A DNA stretch of 64,000 nt from Candidatus Dormibacteria bacterium (GTDB lineage Bacteria; Chloroflexota; Dormibacteria; Aeolococcales; Aeolococcaceae): positions 339 to 64,338 of the forward strand of contig JBIOIZ010000006.1 of assembly GCA_044450385.1 (NCBI GenBank), written 5' to 3'. Below the pieces are notes generated by a model. That model saw only the letters and a list, made by a program, of their open reading frames with translations, did no database searches and was not told the origin of the DNA. Positions 23,623-33,000 of this stretch are shown piece by piece. A program made the position numbers and the translations under genes. Position 1 is the first letter of the stretch. Every line of letters starts with the position of its first letter.

Positions 23623-25359
23623 GTGCAGCCGGCGCCGCGCCGCTGGCGGTTGAGCGACGCCGAGCCCCTGCCCGGGCTGCATCCGGTCGTCGGACAGGTG
23701 CTCGCGGCGCGAGGATTCGACCAGGCCGCTGCCTCCGCCTTCCTTGACGTCAACGGCGGGTACCACGATCCGTTCGGGCTTCCCGCGATGGAGGCGGCGG
23801 TTGCCGCCATCCGGGCGACCGTCGACGAGGACGGCACGATCGCCATCTACGGTGACTACGATGCCGACGGTGTGACCGCCTGCGCCATGCTCACGCGCTC
23901 CCTGCGCGCTGCCGGAGCCGCGGTCATTCCATACATCCCCAACCGCATGACCGAGGGATACGGCCTCCACGCGGCTGCACTCGCCGAGCTCGGGGCACGC
24001 GGCGCCCGCTGCGTCATCACCGTGGACTGCGGCACGAGCAGCGTCGAGGCCGCGGCCGGCCGCCCGGCGAGCATGCGCCTGGTGGTCACCGACCATCACC
24101 TGGCACTCGCCCCCGGTGGGGCGCCTCCTCAGCTGGCGCCGGCCGACGCGCTGGTCAACCCCAAGCTCCCCACCTCGACCTATGCGTTCGACGGGCTTGC
24201 CGGGGCGGGCGTGGCGTTCAAGCTCGTCCAGGCCCTCGAATCGAGAGGTCTGGTGCCCGACGGCAGTGCCGAGGCGTCCCTCGGGCTCGCCGCGCTTGGA
24301 ACGATCGCCGACATGATGCCGCTGCGCGGTGAGAACCGCGTGATCGTCCGTGACGGCCTGCCGCGAATCGCCGACCTGCCCGGGCTCCGCGCCCTCTGCG
24401 CGGTTGCCGGAATCGCGCCGCCCCCGAGGGGGACCGACATCGCGTTCGCGGTGGGACCGCGCATCAACGCAGCGGGCCGCATGGAGGACGCGCGCCTGGC
24501 GCTCGAGCTGTGCCTCTGCGATGACCCGGACGAGGCTGAGCGCCTCGCGGTCGACCTCGATACCCAGAACCGGTTGCGCCAGCAGGCCGTGGCAGTCGCG
24601 CTCGCCCAGGCAGAGCAACTCGTCGCGGATATCGATGACGACGCCCCGGCGATCGTGCTCGGCGATCCCGACTGGCCGATGGGTATCGTCGGGCTCGTGG
24701 CCGGTCGGCTGGCCGAGCGCTATGCCAGGCCGACGTTCATCGCCTGCCTCGACCCCGGCGAGGCCAAGGGCTCGGCACGATCGGCCGGCGGTGTTCACAT
24801 CGTCAGGGCGCTCGGCGGCGCCGCGCCGTCGCTGCTCCGTTACGGCGGGCACGCCGCTGCCGCGGGCTTCAGCCTCGATCCCTCTCGATTCGACGAGTTC
24901 CGAGAGCTGATCACGGCCTCGGTGGGTGAGCAGAACGCGGGCGTCGAGCGCATGCGCGACTTCACCATCGATTGCGAGGTCTCGGGGATCGACGTCACGC
25001 CCGAGCTGTGCCGGGCACTGGACCAGCTCGAGCCGAGTGGGCAGGGCAACCCGGCGCCGCTGCTGGCCGTCTGCGGCGCCAGGGTGCTCGGAACGTCGAC
25101 CTTCGGATCGGATGGTCAGCACGTCCGGGTGGCGCTCGCGACCGGTTCCGGCATCGTCGAGGCGATCGCGTTCAACAAGCCCAATCTCGCCGATCACCTC
25201 CCGCGAGGGAGGATGGTCGACGCCTGCTTCGGGCTCGAGGTCGACAGCTTCCAGGGGTTCCAGCGTGTGCGGGCACGGCTCCGCGACCTGCGCCCCGCGC
25301 GAGCCGTGAGCCTGAGCGGGCAGCCGGTTGCCGCAGTGGCGACAGCTTCGCCTGGTTAG
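23623..25359 (+). CDS. recJ: single-stranded-DNA-specific exonuclease
   Basis: GDYDADG, TVDCG, TDHH, GTIAD, PRINAAGR, KGSARS, GGHAAAAG. Confidence 0.96.
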   Translation: MQPAPRRWRLSDAEPLPGLHPVVGQVLAARGFDQAAASAFLDVNGGYHDPFGLPAMEAAVAAIRATVDEDGTIAIYGDYDADGVTACAMLTRSLRAAGAAVIPYIPNRMTEGYGLHAAALAELGARGARCVITVDCGTSSVEAAAGRPASMRLVVTDHHLALAPGGAPPQLAPADALVNPKLPTSTYAFDGLAGAGVAFKLVQALESRGLVPDGSAEASLGLAALGTIADMMPLRGENRVIVRDGLPRIADLPGLRALCAVAGIAPPPRGTDIAFAVGPRINAAGRMEDARLALELCLCDDPDEAERLAVDLDTQNRLRQQAVAVALAQAEQLVADIDDDAPAIVLGDPDWPMGIVGLVAGRLAERYARPTFIACLDPGEAKGSARSAGGVHIVRALGGAAPSLLRYGGHAAAAGFSLDPSRFDEFRELITASVGEQNAGVERMRDFTIDCEVSGIDVTPELCRALDQLEPSGQGNPAPLLAVCGARVLGTSTFGSDGQHVRVALATGSGIVEAIAFNKPNLADHLPRGRMVDACFGLEVDSFQGFQRVRARLRDLRPARAVSLSGQPVAAVATASPG

Positions 25360-25979
25360 ATTCGTCCGGTGAGCGTTGCGAGCCCGTCGCCGGTCAGATC
25401 GGCAAGGCCGGCCCTGCGACCGGTGAGCGCCAGGATCATCGACGCGAGCGGCCCCTTGACCTCCGGGCCTGTTCCGCGGGTCCAGTCTGCGTCGGTCGCG
25501 ACCAGGGTCAGGCCGGTGGCCCTGCGCTTACCGCCGAGCAGGAGGTTGCCCCGGATCACGAAATCGCCGACCAGGGTCAGCGCCTCTGGCTGGTAGCTGC
25601 GCGCGATCCCGAGCGGCCGGCGGATGTCCTCGCCGTGGATCACCACCTCGGCGACCATCGCGTCAAGCGGTCCTGGCGGTCCCGTGGTCCGATCCAGCTG
25701 TGCCTTGAAGCCCGCGAGGGTGTCGGCCGGGGTCGCTCCCAATTCCTCCTTCACGCCCTTCTCGTTCATTGCGTTGAACTGAAATCCCGTCCCCGCGAAC
25801 TTCCCGAAGAACCGTCCCGGGGTCATCTTCGCAGTGGTGGTCATGTGCGCGAGCACGTCACGGACCGTCCACCCTGAGCAGAGCGACGGTGTCGACCACT
25901 GCACATCGCTGATGGTCTCCAGGTCCCCGATCAGAGCCACCCGCTCAGCCCGTATGAGCGGCCACTGGTTTCCGGCCAC
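25356..25979 (-). CDS. maleylpyruvate isomerase family (MDMPI/DinB superfamily) protein
   Basis: PSLCSGWTVRDVLAH, IHGEDI, LTGR; GTG start at 25979 after GGAGGA. Confidence 0.85.
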   Translation of the reverse strand: MAGNQWPLIRAERVALIGDLETISDVQWSTPSLCSGWTVRDVLAHMTTTAKMTPGRFFGKFAGTGFQFNAMNEKGVKEELGATPADTLAGFKAQLDRTTGPPGPLDAMVAEVVIHGEDIRRPLGIARSYQPEALTLVGDFVIRGNLLLGGKRRATGLTLVATDADWTRGTGPEVKGPLASMILALTGRRAGLADLTGDGLATLTGRI

Positions 25980-26227
25980 CTCGGTCCTCCACAAGTCCCG
26001 CTGCCGCCCGCGGTTGCGCCTCCGGCGGTGGGTGCGACTGTACAGCGGTCCGGAGAGCAAGTACTGAGCGTCGTTACGAGCAGGAGCTTGCAAGGAGCTT
26101 GAGCTTCCGCTGCTCCCCGCCGGCAGCGGCATCGGGCGCGCCGAAAGAAGGCTCAGGCTGTCCAGTTCTGGGGCCTCAACGCACCAGGTGGTGCTGCAAT
26201 GAGAGGGATGGTCGCACGATGGTGAGC

Positions 26228-26280
26228 CGACCATTCCGAGTACCCCAAACGCCGTTGTCCGGCGTGTTAACTGTGTATGA
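26228..26280 (+). repeat. copy 1 of a 53-bp direct repeat; putative ECF promoter with leaderless start
   Basis: CGACCATTCCGAGTACCCCAAACGCCGTTGTCCGGCGTGTTAACTGTGTATGA; 50/53 identical to 29238-29290. Confidence 0.9.
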
Positions 26281-26789
26281 CGACTCTCGCGAGTTCGGCG
26301 GCGGCGGAGGTTGCGGTGGGCGTGCTCGACTTCGATGACTTCTTCGAAGCCTTTGCGCAGCAGATTGCCGCGATCATCGCGGTCACAACGGGGGATGCAG
26401 CCCTCGCGGAGGATGCCACGCAGGAGGCAATGGCGCGCGCTTACACGAGGTGGAGTCGCGTGTCGACGCTCGACCGGCCCGACCTCTGGGTCATCCGGGT
26501 TGCTGCCAACATAGCCATCGGTGCGTGGAGACGGCGCAGGCGTGAAGTCGGTCTCTCCGATTCCACCCCCAATGTCGAGCCACGCGACGAGATACGAGTG
26601 CTCTGGCTCCGATGGGCCATGGAGCGGCTCACACCAGAGGACCGGTTGCTACTCATCCTGCGACACCGCGACGGCATGTCCATCGACGAGATCAGCGCAT
26701 CTCTGTCGAAGTCGCCCCACACGATCGCCGCCTATCTCAAGAGAGCACGCTTTCGCTTGCGTTCGCTGCTCGCTGCGGACGACGGGTGA
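26277..26789 (+). CDS. ECF sigma-70 factor
   Basis: region 2 AEDATQEAMARAY...WVIRVAAN; region 4 LTPEDRLLLILRHRDGMSIDEISASL. Confidence 0.9.
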   Translation: MTTLASSAAAEVAVGVLDFDDFFEAFAQQIAAIIAVTTGDAALAEDATQEAMARAYTRWSRVSTLDRPDLWVIRVAANIAIGAWRRRRREVGLSDSTPNVEPRDEIRVLWLRWAMERLTPEDRLLLILRHRDGMSIDEISASLSKSPHTIAAYLKRARFRLRSLLAADDG

Positions 26790-27958
26790 GCAATATTCAG
26801 CGCGACCTCGACGATCTGGGTCGACGACTATGGCCTCGATCCGACGCGCTGCGTCCGGCGATCTCCAAACGTTCCGCACCGGGAAGGATCTCCCGCAGGC
26901 GCGGAAGGGGGCGAGACATTTTGGCCACCGTCGCGTTGGTTGCCGTCGTCGTGGGCGTTGTGACCATTCCCATCGCCCTGGGGAGATTCGTGAGCCGTCA
27001 CACCGAACCGCAACCCAACGCGGAGGCCCCGTCGCGAGCTGTTCTCCACCACAACGGGGAGATCGTGATGGGCGTCGACAACAGCCTCGTCGCGATCGAC
27101 CCAGCCACCGGCCGCCACCACGTGATCCTCTCCGTCCCAGCCGGCGACGTGGTCGCGAGTCCAACTTACTCGCCAGACGGCACCAAGCTCGCATACCTGC
27201 GGGGTCGTGTCGTCGGTTTCGGCAACAACGTGAGCGGCAGCTCTGACGCAATGGATTCGATTTGGATTCTTGACATTGCGACTGGCCGGGCCAGGCAGCT
27301 CACGAAGTGTCAGGGATGTGGTCCCTACGATTACATCGACTGGTCACCTGACGGCACTCGTCTTGCCTTCTCCGAAGATGACCAAAGTGGAACCCTCCAG
27401 CTCCACCTCATCAACGTCGACGGTTCTCACCTTAGGCAGCTGACCCATTTCCCAGCGGCCCAGAACGCGACGCAACCGACCTGGTCGCCCGACGGAACTC
27501 GGATCGCGTTCACCTTCTTCGCCGTTGCAAAGGACCTCAACCAAATGACCGTCTTCCCAACTGTCAACATCGACGTCATCCGGCCCGACGGCACGGGGTT
27601 TGCCGTGCTTGTCGAAGCAGCGCCGGCCGAGCTTGGCCAAGATGGGGGTCCGTACCTCGACCCGGCCTGGTCCCCCGACGGCTCGAGGATCGCTTATCTA
27701 CTCGACCCGTGGCCCCGAGGATCGGGCGTTGATTTCCAGTTGTGGCTCATGCATCCCGACGGCTCGCATCGCACCGACATCTTCCAGTACCCAAACTGCT
27801 GTGTGAACGCCTGGGGCGGCCCCGAGTGGTCACCCGATGGCACGCGGATCGCGGTCGTGACGGCCCATAGCCTCTGGGTGATGAACGCCGACGGTAGCGC
27901 CCGGACGTCGCCGGGCGTGATGAGCGGCGACCGCCCGGCCTGGCAGCCCCTGCCGTGA
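26786..27958 (+). CDS. putative anti-sigma factor: short cytoplasmic N-terminus, one TM, TolB-like PD40 beta-propeller
   Basis: GTGA overlap with the sigma stop; TM ILATVALVAVVVGVVTIPIAL; repeated (W/Y)SPDG(T/S)(R/K)(I/L)A. Confidence 0.82.
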   Translation: MSNIQRDLDDLGRRLWPRSDALRPAISKRSAPGRISRRRGRGRDILATVALVAVVVGVVTIPIALGRFVSRHTEPQPNAEAPSRAVLHHNGEIVMGVDNSLVAIDPATGRHHVILSVPAGDVVASPTYSPDGTKLAYLRGRVVGFGNNVSGSSDAMDSIWILDIATGRARQLTKCQGCGPYDYIDWSPDGTRLAFSEDDQSGTLQLHLINVDGSHLRQLTHFPAAQNATQPTWSPDGTRIAFTFFAVAKDLNQMTVFPTVNIDVIRPDGTGFAVLVEAAPAELGQDGGPYLDPAWSPDGSRIAYLLDPWPRGSGVDFQLWLMHPDGSHRTDIFQYPNCCVNAWGGPEWSPDGTRIAVVTAHSLWVMNADGSARTSPGVMSGDRPAWQPLP

Positions 27959-28022
27959 CCACTCTCGGCGCATGCATCTCACCGGCAGATCCGATGATTC
28001 AATCAATCGGACCGCCGGCACG

Positions 28023-29081
28023 ATGAGCTGGTGGCGACGCGCATGGATCAGCGGGGCGACCGCCCTTGTCGTCAGCGCTTGTGCCGGTGAAGCAACAGCG
28101 GGCCATACACCGCGTGCGTCAAGGGCTTCGTCGCATGAAACGCCGACAGAAACGAGCAGTCTCCCAGCGCACGGAGAGATCGCCTTCACTCTGGAGTTCG
28201 GCCCCGAAGGAGACGGGGGCGACATCCTGTGCACCATTGAGCCCAACGGCACCGGCCTCAGAATGCTGACCGCCGTCACCCAGGGGTTCGCTGGGAACGC
28301 GGACCCAGCGTGGACGGCGACGGGTGATCGGATTCTTTTCTATGAAGCCTCCCCTCCGGGCGCTTCGTATCCAGACTGGACGTCGAGCAACCTGTACTCG
28401 ATGGACCCCAATGGCGGCTCCATCCGCCAGCTCACATTCGAGCCCACCCATGTCTATGACGAAAGCCCTGCGATCTCGCCAGATGGCACGCGGATCGCGT
28501 TCGACCGGTTCGACCTAACCGGACGTCGGAGCGGAATCTATCTCATGAATGCCGACGGGAGCCACATTGTTCGGATCACAGCGCCACCGGCGTCCGCTGC
28601 CGGCGGCGACCTGTATCCGAGCTTTTCACCTGATGGCACGAAGCTTGCCTTCATTCGGGATGCGATTCCCGATGGCGAAGGAGCGCTCTACACAGTTGGG
28701 ATCGACGGAACGGGGCTTCGCCAGGTCACGCCGACGACCTTCCTGGACGCCACGAGACCACATTGGTCGCCGGACGGGTCGAGGCTCTTGTTCGGTACCC
28801 CCGAATCGGACCATACCGCCTCGGGGCGCAACGTCTACGTGGTCAACAGTGATGGGAGCGGGCTGATCGCGCTCACGCACGAGTACGACCCCGATTGGGT
28901 GGAGAACCCGTCCTGGTCTCCCGATGGCACGATGATCGTCTTCGACCAGTATCAGGACGGCACCCATTTCGTCGGGCTCGTGGTCATGCGTGCCGACGGC
29001 TCCCACCCAACGGTTATCTGGCACCCCACGCCGAGCACCGACGTCTTCCCTCGAGGCCCGGTCTGGGGCACGGCTCCATAA
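28023..29081 (+). CDS. TolB-like PD40 beta-propeller lipoprotein
   Basis: lipobox-like LVVSAC; repeated SPDG(T/S) blades; start could be 27972. Confidence 0.82.
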   Translation: MSWWRRAWISGATALVVSACAGEATAGHTPRASRASSHETPTETSSLPAHGEIAFTLEFGPEGDGGDILCTIEPNGTGLRMLTAVTQGFAGNADPAWTATGDRILFYEASPPGASYPDWTSSNLYSMDPNGGSIRQLTFEPTHVYDESPAISPDGTRIAFDRFDLTGRRSGIYLMNADGSHIVRITAPPASAAGGDLYPSFSPDGTKLAFIRDAIPDGEGALYTVGIDGTGLRQVTPTTFLDATRPHWSPDGSRLLFGTPESDHTASGRNVYVVNSDGSGLIALTHEYDPDWVENPSWSPDGTMIVFDQYQDGTHFVGLVVMRADGSHPTVIWHPTPSTDVFPRGPVWGTAP

Positions 29082-29237
29082 GCTGATTTAATCCGTCGAG
29101 ACGCCGAGCCGCGGAACCTTGGCGACCGAAAGTCAGCCTTGCGCTTTCGTCGTGACCCTATGGTGCGAGGCGGATCCTTCTCGCCGACCATGCGAGCCCG
29201 AGAGGCCAGTGAGGGGTGGCCGGTCGCATGGAGCGGG

Positions 29238-29290
29238 CGACCATTCCGAGTACCCCGAACGGCGTTGTCCGGCGTGTTAACGGTGTATGA
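29238..29290 (+). repeat. copy 2 of the 53-bp direct repeat; putative ECF-dependent promoter
   Basis: CGACCATTCCGAGTACCCCGAACGGCGTTGTCCGGCGTGTTAACGGTGTATGA, 3010 bp downstream of copy 1. Confidence 0.9.
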
Positions 29291-29319
29291 GGACGCGGTT
29301 TCCTGCAGGAGGCTGGGAA

Positions 29320-29844
29320 ATGACTGAGCGCGATGACGTCAATGCAGCCGGAACGGTGACCCGACGGAACGCACTGCGAGCGGCGGGAGTGGGTGGGCTT
29401 GGTGTGATCGCAGCCGTGGGCTTGCCGGTCGGTGTATCCGCCTCGACGGGAACGCGTAACGGATCGGACGATGAAGTGATCGTCGGCGCGTATCAGGTGC
29501 ACATCACACCGCAAGGCGTCACGACGTTCCCGGGCGTTGTGGCTTTCGGTGCGGGCGGGACCATGGTGGAGGTGGACGGCGGCAGCCCCGGCCCGGCAAC
29601 AGGCGTGGGTGGATGGCGCCGCCTCGACGACGCAACCTTCGTCTTCACATTCCGCACATTCAACTTCGACAAGTCGGGCAATCTGAGCACCATCGTGACC
29701 ATCCGCGCCTCGATTACCTCTGTCGAGAACGGTGCCCACTTCCAAGGTCACTTCAGCGTCACCATCACGAACCCATCGGGGCTCGTGCTGTTCACAGGAC
29801 CGGGGACTCTGCGCGGTGACCGGCTGGACATCGCGGGGCCTTAG
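29320..29844 (+). CDS. TAT-exported beta-rich hypothetical protein
   Basis: TRRNALR twin-arginine motif, hydrophobic stretch and VSA site; GGAGG RBS; alternative in-frame ATG at 29287 inside the repeat. Confidence 0.78.
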   Translation: MTERDDVNAAGTVTRRNALRAAGVGGLGVIAAVGLPVGVSASTGTRNGSDDEVIVGAYQVHITPQGVTTFPGVVAFGAGGTMVEVDGGSPGPATGVGGWRRLDDATFVFTFRTFNFDKSGNLSTIVTIRASITSVENGAHFQGHFSVTITNPSGLVLFTGPGTLRGDRLDIAGP

Positions 29845-30114
29845 TATCAACGGCAGACTTGGTGGCGGTATCGTCGGTTCGCTTTCCTGACAGGGTGCGC
29901 GATGCCGTGCTGAAGGAACAGGTTCTGGTCGAGGCACACACAGGCGTCGGCGAACCCTGGGGATTCCGCCACGTCGCGACCCAAGGCACCGTTACAACTT
30001 CTGCACTTGCCCCGGCCGACCGCCGGTGCTAGCGTCGGGTGCGCGGGCCTGGCGAACGTCGCCGAGCCTGCCGGCGAGAGAGCAAGCAGACCAACGCGTA
30101 TCCGGAGGCACATC

Positions 30115-31587
30115 ATGCTCGAGGATGTCGGGATTCCTCGGCTCGTAGTTGGTGGCCTGGGTTCGGGTTCCGGGAAGACCTCGATCAGCCTGGGTCTCAC
30201 CGCCGCGCTCCGCGCACGCGGCCACACCGTCCAGACCTTCAAGGTCGGCGCCGACTTCATCGACACGGCGTATCTCGCGCATGCAAGCCGCAGGCCCTGT
30301 CGCAACCTCGATTCCTGGCTTCTCGGACACGAGGGGGTGCGCCGCTCGTTCGCCCATGGGTCACTCGGCGCCGACCGTGCGATCGTCGAGGGAGCCATGG
30401 GTGTGCTCGATGGCCATGGCATGGCACCGGAATCCTCCGAATCCGCTCCGCACGAGTTCCCGGGAAGCACGCTGGAGGTGGCGCGCATCATCGCGGCGCC
30501 GGTCGTGCTGGTGGTCGACGCATGGGCCATGGGCGAGACCGCTGCGGCGGCGGCACTGGGGATCAAGCAGCTCGACAGAGCCGGCAGCGTGATCGGCGTG
30601 ATCCTCAACGACGTCCCCAATGACTACCGCCGCCGCGTCATCGAGGACGCCGTCTGGTCGCTTGCAAGGATGCCGGTGCTCGGCGCTCTCCCCCATATCC
30701 AGTCGGTGCGCATCCCCGAGCTGCGGACCGGGCTCCTGCCGCTCCTCCAGAACCCGCACGTGGACGAGGCGATCACGGAGCTGGGTGAGGCGGTCAGCCG
30801 CCACTGCGACCTCGACCTCATCGAACGGCTCATGGAGGGAGCGCATCCCGTGCGCCCCGCGCCGTGGCGCCACGTCGATCAACCCACCGAGCAACCGGTG
30901 CGCATCGGCGTGGCCTTCGACGACGCATTCTCCTTCTACTACGCGGAAAATCTCGAGTTGCTCGAAGCCGCCGGCGCGGAGATCGTCACCTTCTCGCCGC
31001 TCGAAGATTCCGCCCTGCCACGCGACCTCGGTCTCGTCTACATGGGCGGTGGCATCTCCGAGGCATACGTGTCCAGGCTCGCGGGCAACCAGCCGTTCAT
31101 CGAATCCTTCAGGCGTGCCCGGGCCCACGGCGTTCCCGTCTACGCGGAGGGATTCGGGCTGCAGTATTCCGCTCGGTCGCTGCGCACCAGCGACGGCGCC
31201 GTCCATCACATGGCGGACATCATCCCGATCGACATCGCGCTCGAGGCGGGCACGCTGCACCGCGGCTATCGCGACCTCAGCATTGCGACGTCGTCGATGC
31301 TCGGTCCGGTCGGGACGCGTCTTCGCGGGCACGAGTTCCACTTCAGCCGGATGCTGTCGGGCGGCGACTGCCTCAACCCGGCGTACACGATGCACGACTG
31401 CGATGGCGAGCCAATGGGCTGTGAGGGATGGACCGATCCCCTCGTGCTCGCGTCGTTTATCCACCTGCACTTCGGTCAGGAGCAGCAGCTCGCCGGCCGT
31501 CTCGTGGCCGCGGCCCGCCAGTCGCTCGACCGCAGAACCAGCGCGACCCTGGCGGGGCGCGGCAGTCGATTCCCCGCCCCGGTGTAG
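30115..31587 (+). CDS. cobB: cobyrinate a,c-diamide synthase (CobB/CbiA) homologue with degenerate glutaminase domain
   Basis: GSGKT, FKVGADFID, NLD, EGAMGVLDG, AFSFYYAENL, GHEFH; YAEGFG where the family has YAECGG; GGAGG RBS. Confidence 0.85.
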   Translation: MLEDVGIPRLVVGGLGSGSGKTSISLGLTAALRARGHTVQTFKVGADFIDTAYLAHASRRPCRNLDSWLLGHEGVRRSFAHGSLGADRAIVEGAMGVLDGHGMAPESSESAPHEFPGSTLEVARIIAAPVVLVVDAWAMGETAAAAALGIKQLDRAGSVIGVILNDVPNDYRRRVIEDAVWSLARMPVLGALPHIQSVRIPELRTGLLPLLQNPHVDEAITELGEAVSRHCDLDLIERLMEGAHPVRPAPWRHVDQPTEQPVRIGVAFDDAFSFYYAENLELLEAAGAEIVTFSPLEDSALPRDLGLVYMGGGISEAYVSRLAGNQPFIESFRRARAHGVPVYAEGFGLQYSARSLRTSDGAVHHMADIIPIDIALEAGTLHRGYRDLSIATSSMLGPVGTRLRGHEFHFSRMLSGGDCLNPAYTMHDCDGEPMGCEGWTDPLVLASFIHLHFGQEQQLAGRLVAAARQSLDRRTSATLAGRGSRFPAPV

Positions 31588-31599
31588 GCTTGGGATGCG

Positions 31600-33000
31600 A
31601 TGTCCCAGGCCCCGTCCACGATCGGTGAATTGCGTCGTGCGGAGTACCGCGTCCTGCCCGTCAGGACCGAGCTCCGCCGCAACCTGATCCGCAAGCTCAG
31701 CAACCACGAGGAACTGTTCGGCGGCATCCGCGGATACGACGACTCGGTGATCCCGCAGATCGAGAACGCAATCCTCGCGGGCCAGGACATGGTCCTCCTC
31801 GGCGAGCGCGGGCAGGCGAAATCGCGGCTCATCAGGGCGCTGATCACCCTGCTCGACGACGCGGTTCCGGCCATCGCGGGATGTGAGATCAATGATGATC
31901 CGTACGCGCCGATCTGCCGTCGCTGCCGCGACCTGGTGGCCGACTACGGAGATGCGACCGAGCTCGCGTGGATCACCCCCGAGCAGCGATATTCGGAGAA
32001 GCTGGCAACCCCTGACACGTCGATCGCCGACCTGATCGGCGAGGTCGATCCCATCCGCGTGGCCGAGGGACGCTATCTGAGCGACGAGCTCACCATCCAT
32101 TACGGGCTCATCCCGCGTACCAACCGGGGGATCTTCGCCATCAACGAGCTCCCCGATCTCGCCGAGCGCATCCAGGTCGGCCTGCTCAACATCATCGAAG
32201 AGCGCGATGTGCAGATCCGCGGTTACCGCCTGCGTCTCCCCCTCGACGTGTACGTGGTTGCGACTGCAAACCCCGAGGACTACACCAACCGCGGGCGCAT
32301 CATCACGCCGCTCAAGGACCGCTTCGGTGCGCAAGTGCGCACGCACTACCCGCACACCCTCGACGACGAGATCGCCATCGCCGAGCAGGAGCGCATGACG
32401 TTCGACGACATGCCGGTTCCGGTGACCGTCCCCGGATTCATGCAGGAGATCGTCGCCGAGTTGTCGCACGTCGCACGGCGCCACCCGCAGGTGAACCAGC
32501 GCAGCGGCGTATCGGTCCGGCTCACCACCGCGAACTACGAGAACCTCGCCGCCGGAGCGCTTCGCCGCGCGCTGCGAACCGGCGAGCGGGAGGCGGTCGC
32601 CCGGATCAGCGATCTGCCCGCACTCACATCATCGACAGCCGGAAAGATCGAGCTCGAGACCTGGGAGGATGGCGACGACGGCGCCGTGCTCGAGAAGCTG
32701 ATGCGGACCGCTTGCAACAACGTCTTCCGACGCCACTTCACCGTCCAGGAATTCAGCGACCTCGTGCAGCGTTTCGAACGCGGCGGCTTCACCGTCGAGG
32801 TCGGCGATCAACACCCGATTTCCGACTACGCACAGGCGCTCACCGAGCTCGCCGGCGTCGAGCGCGCTCGCCAGCGCCTCGGAGAGCCCGACAGCGACGC
32901 GATGCGCGTCGCGGTACTCGAATTCGTGCTCGAGGGCCTGCATCTCGGCAAACGCCTCAACAAGACCGCACTCGAGGGAAGCGCGGTCTATGGAGGATGA
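31600..33000 (+). CDS. Mg-chelatase-like/MoxR-like AAA+ ATPase (Rv0958-like)
   Basis: GERGQAKS Walker A, INELPDLAERIQV, ANPEDYTNRGRIITPLKDRF. Confidence 0.88.
   Translation: MSQAPSTIGELRRAEYRVLPVRTELRRNLIRKLSNHEELFGGIRGYDDSVIPQIENAILAGQDMVLLGERGQAKSRLIRALITLLDDAVPAIAGCEINDDPYAPICRRCRDLVADYGDATELAWITPEQRYSEKLATPDTSIADLIGEVDPIRVAEGRYLSDELTIHYGLIPRTNRGIFAINELPDLAERIQVGLLNIIEERDVQIRGYRLRLPLDVYVVATANPEDYTNRGRIITPLKDRFGAQVRTHYPHTLDDEIAIAEQERMTFDDMPVPVTVPGFMQEIVAELSHVARRHPQVNQRSGVSVRLTTANYENLAAGALRRALRTGEREAVARISDLPALTSSTAGKIELETWEDGDDGAVLEKLMRTACNNVFRRHFTVQEFSDLVQRFERGGFTVEVGDQHPISDYAQALTELAGVERARQRLGEPDSDAMRVAVLEFVLEGLHLGKRLNKTALEGSAVYGG

Noticed and set aside
26786-29081. Recurrent TCGCCNGACGG-like DNA repeats as a possible CRISPR or repeat array
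   Set aside because: They encode the SPDG motifs of PD40 blades; spacing is irregular and the repeats are not identical.
29845-30110. Possible cobalamin riboswitch before the cobB homologue
   Set aside because: No AGGGAA, GCCACTG or B12-box motifs found; a cmscan run would settle it.
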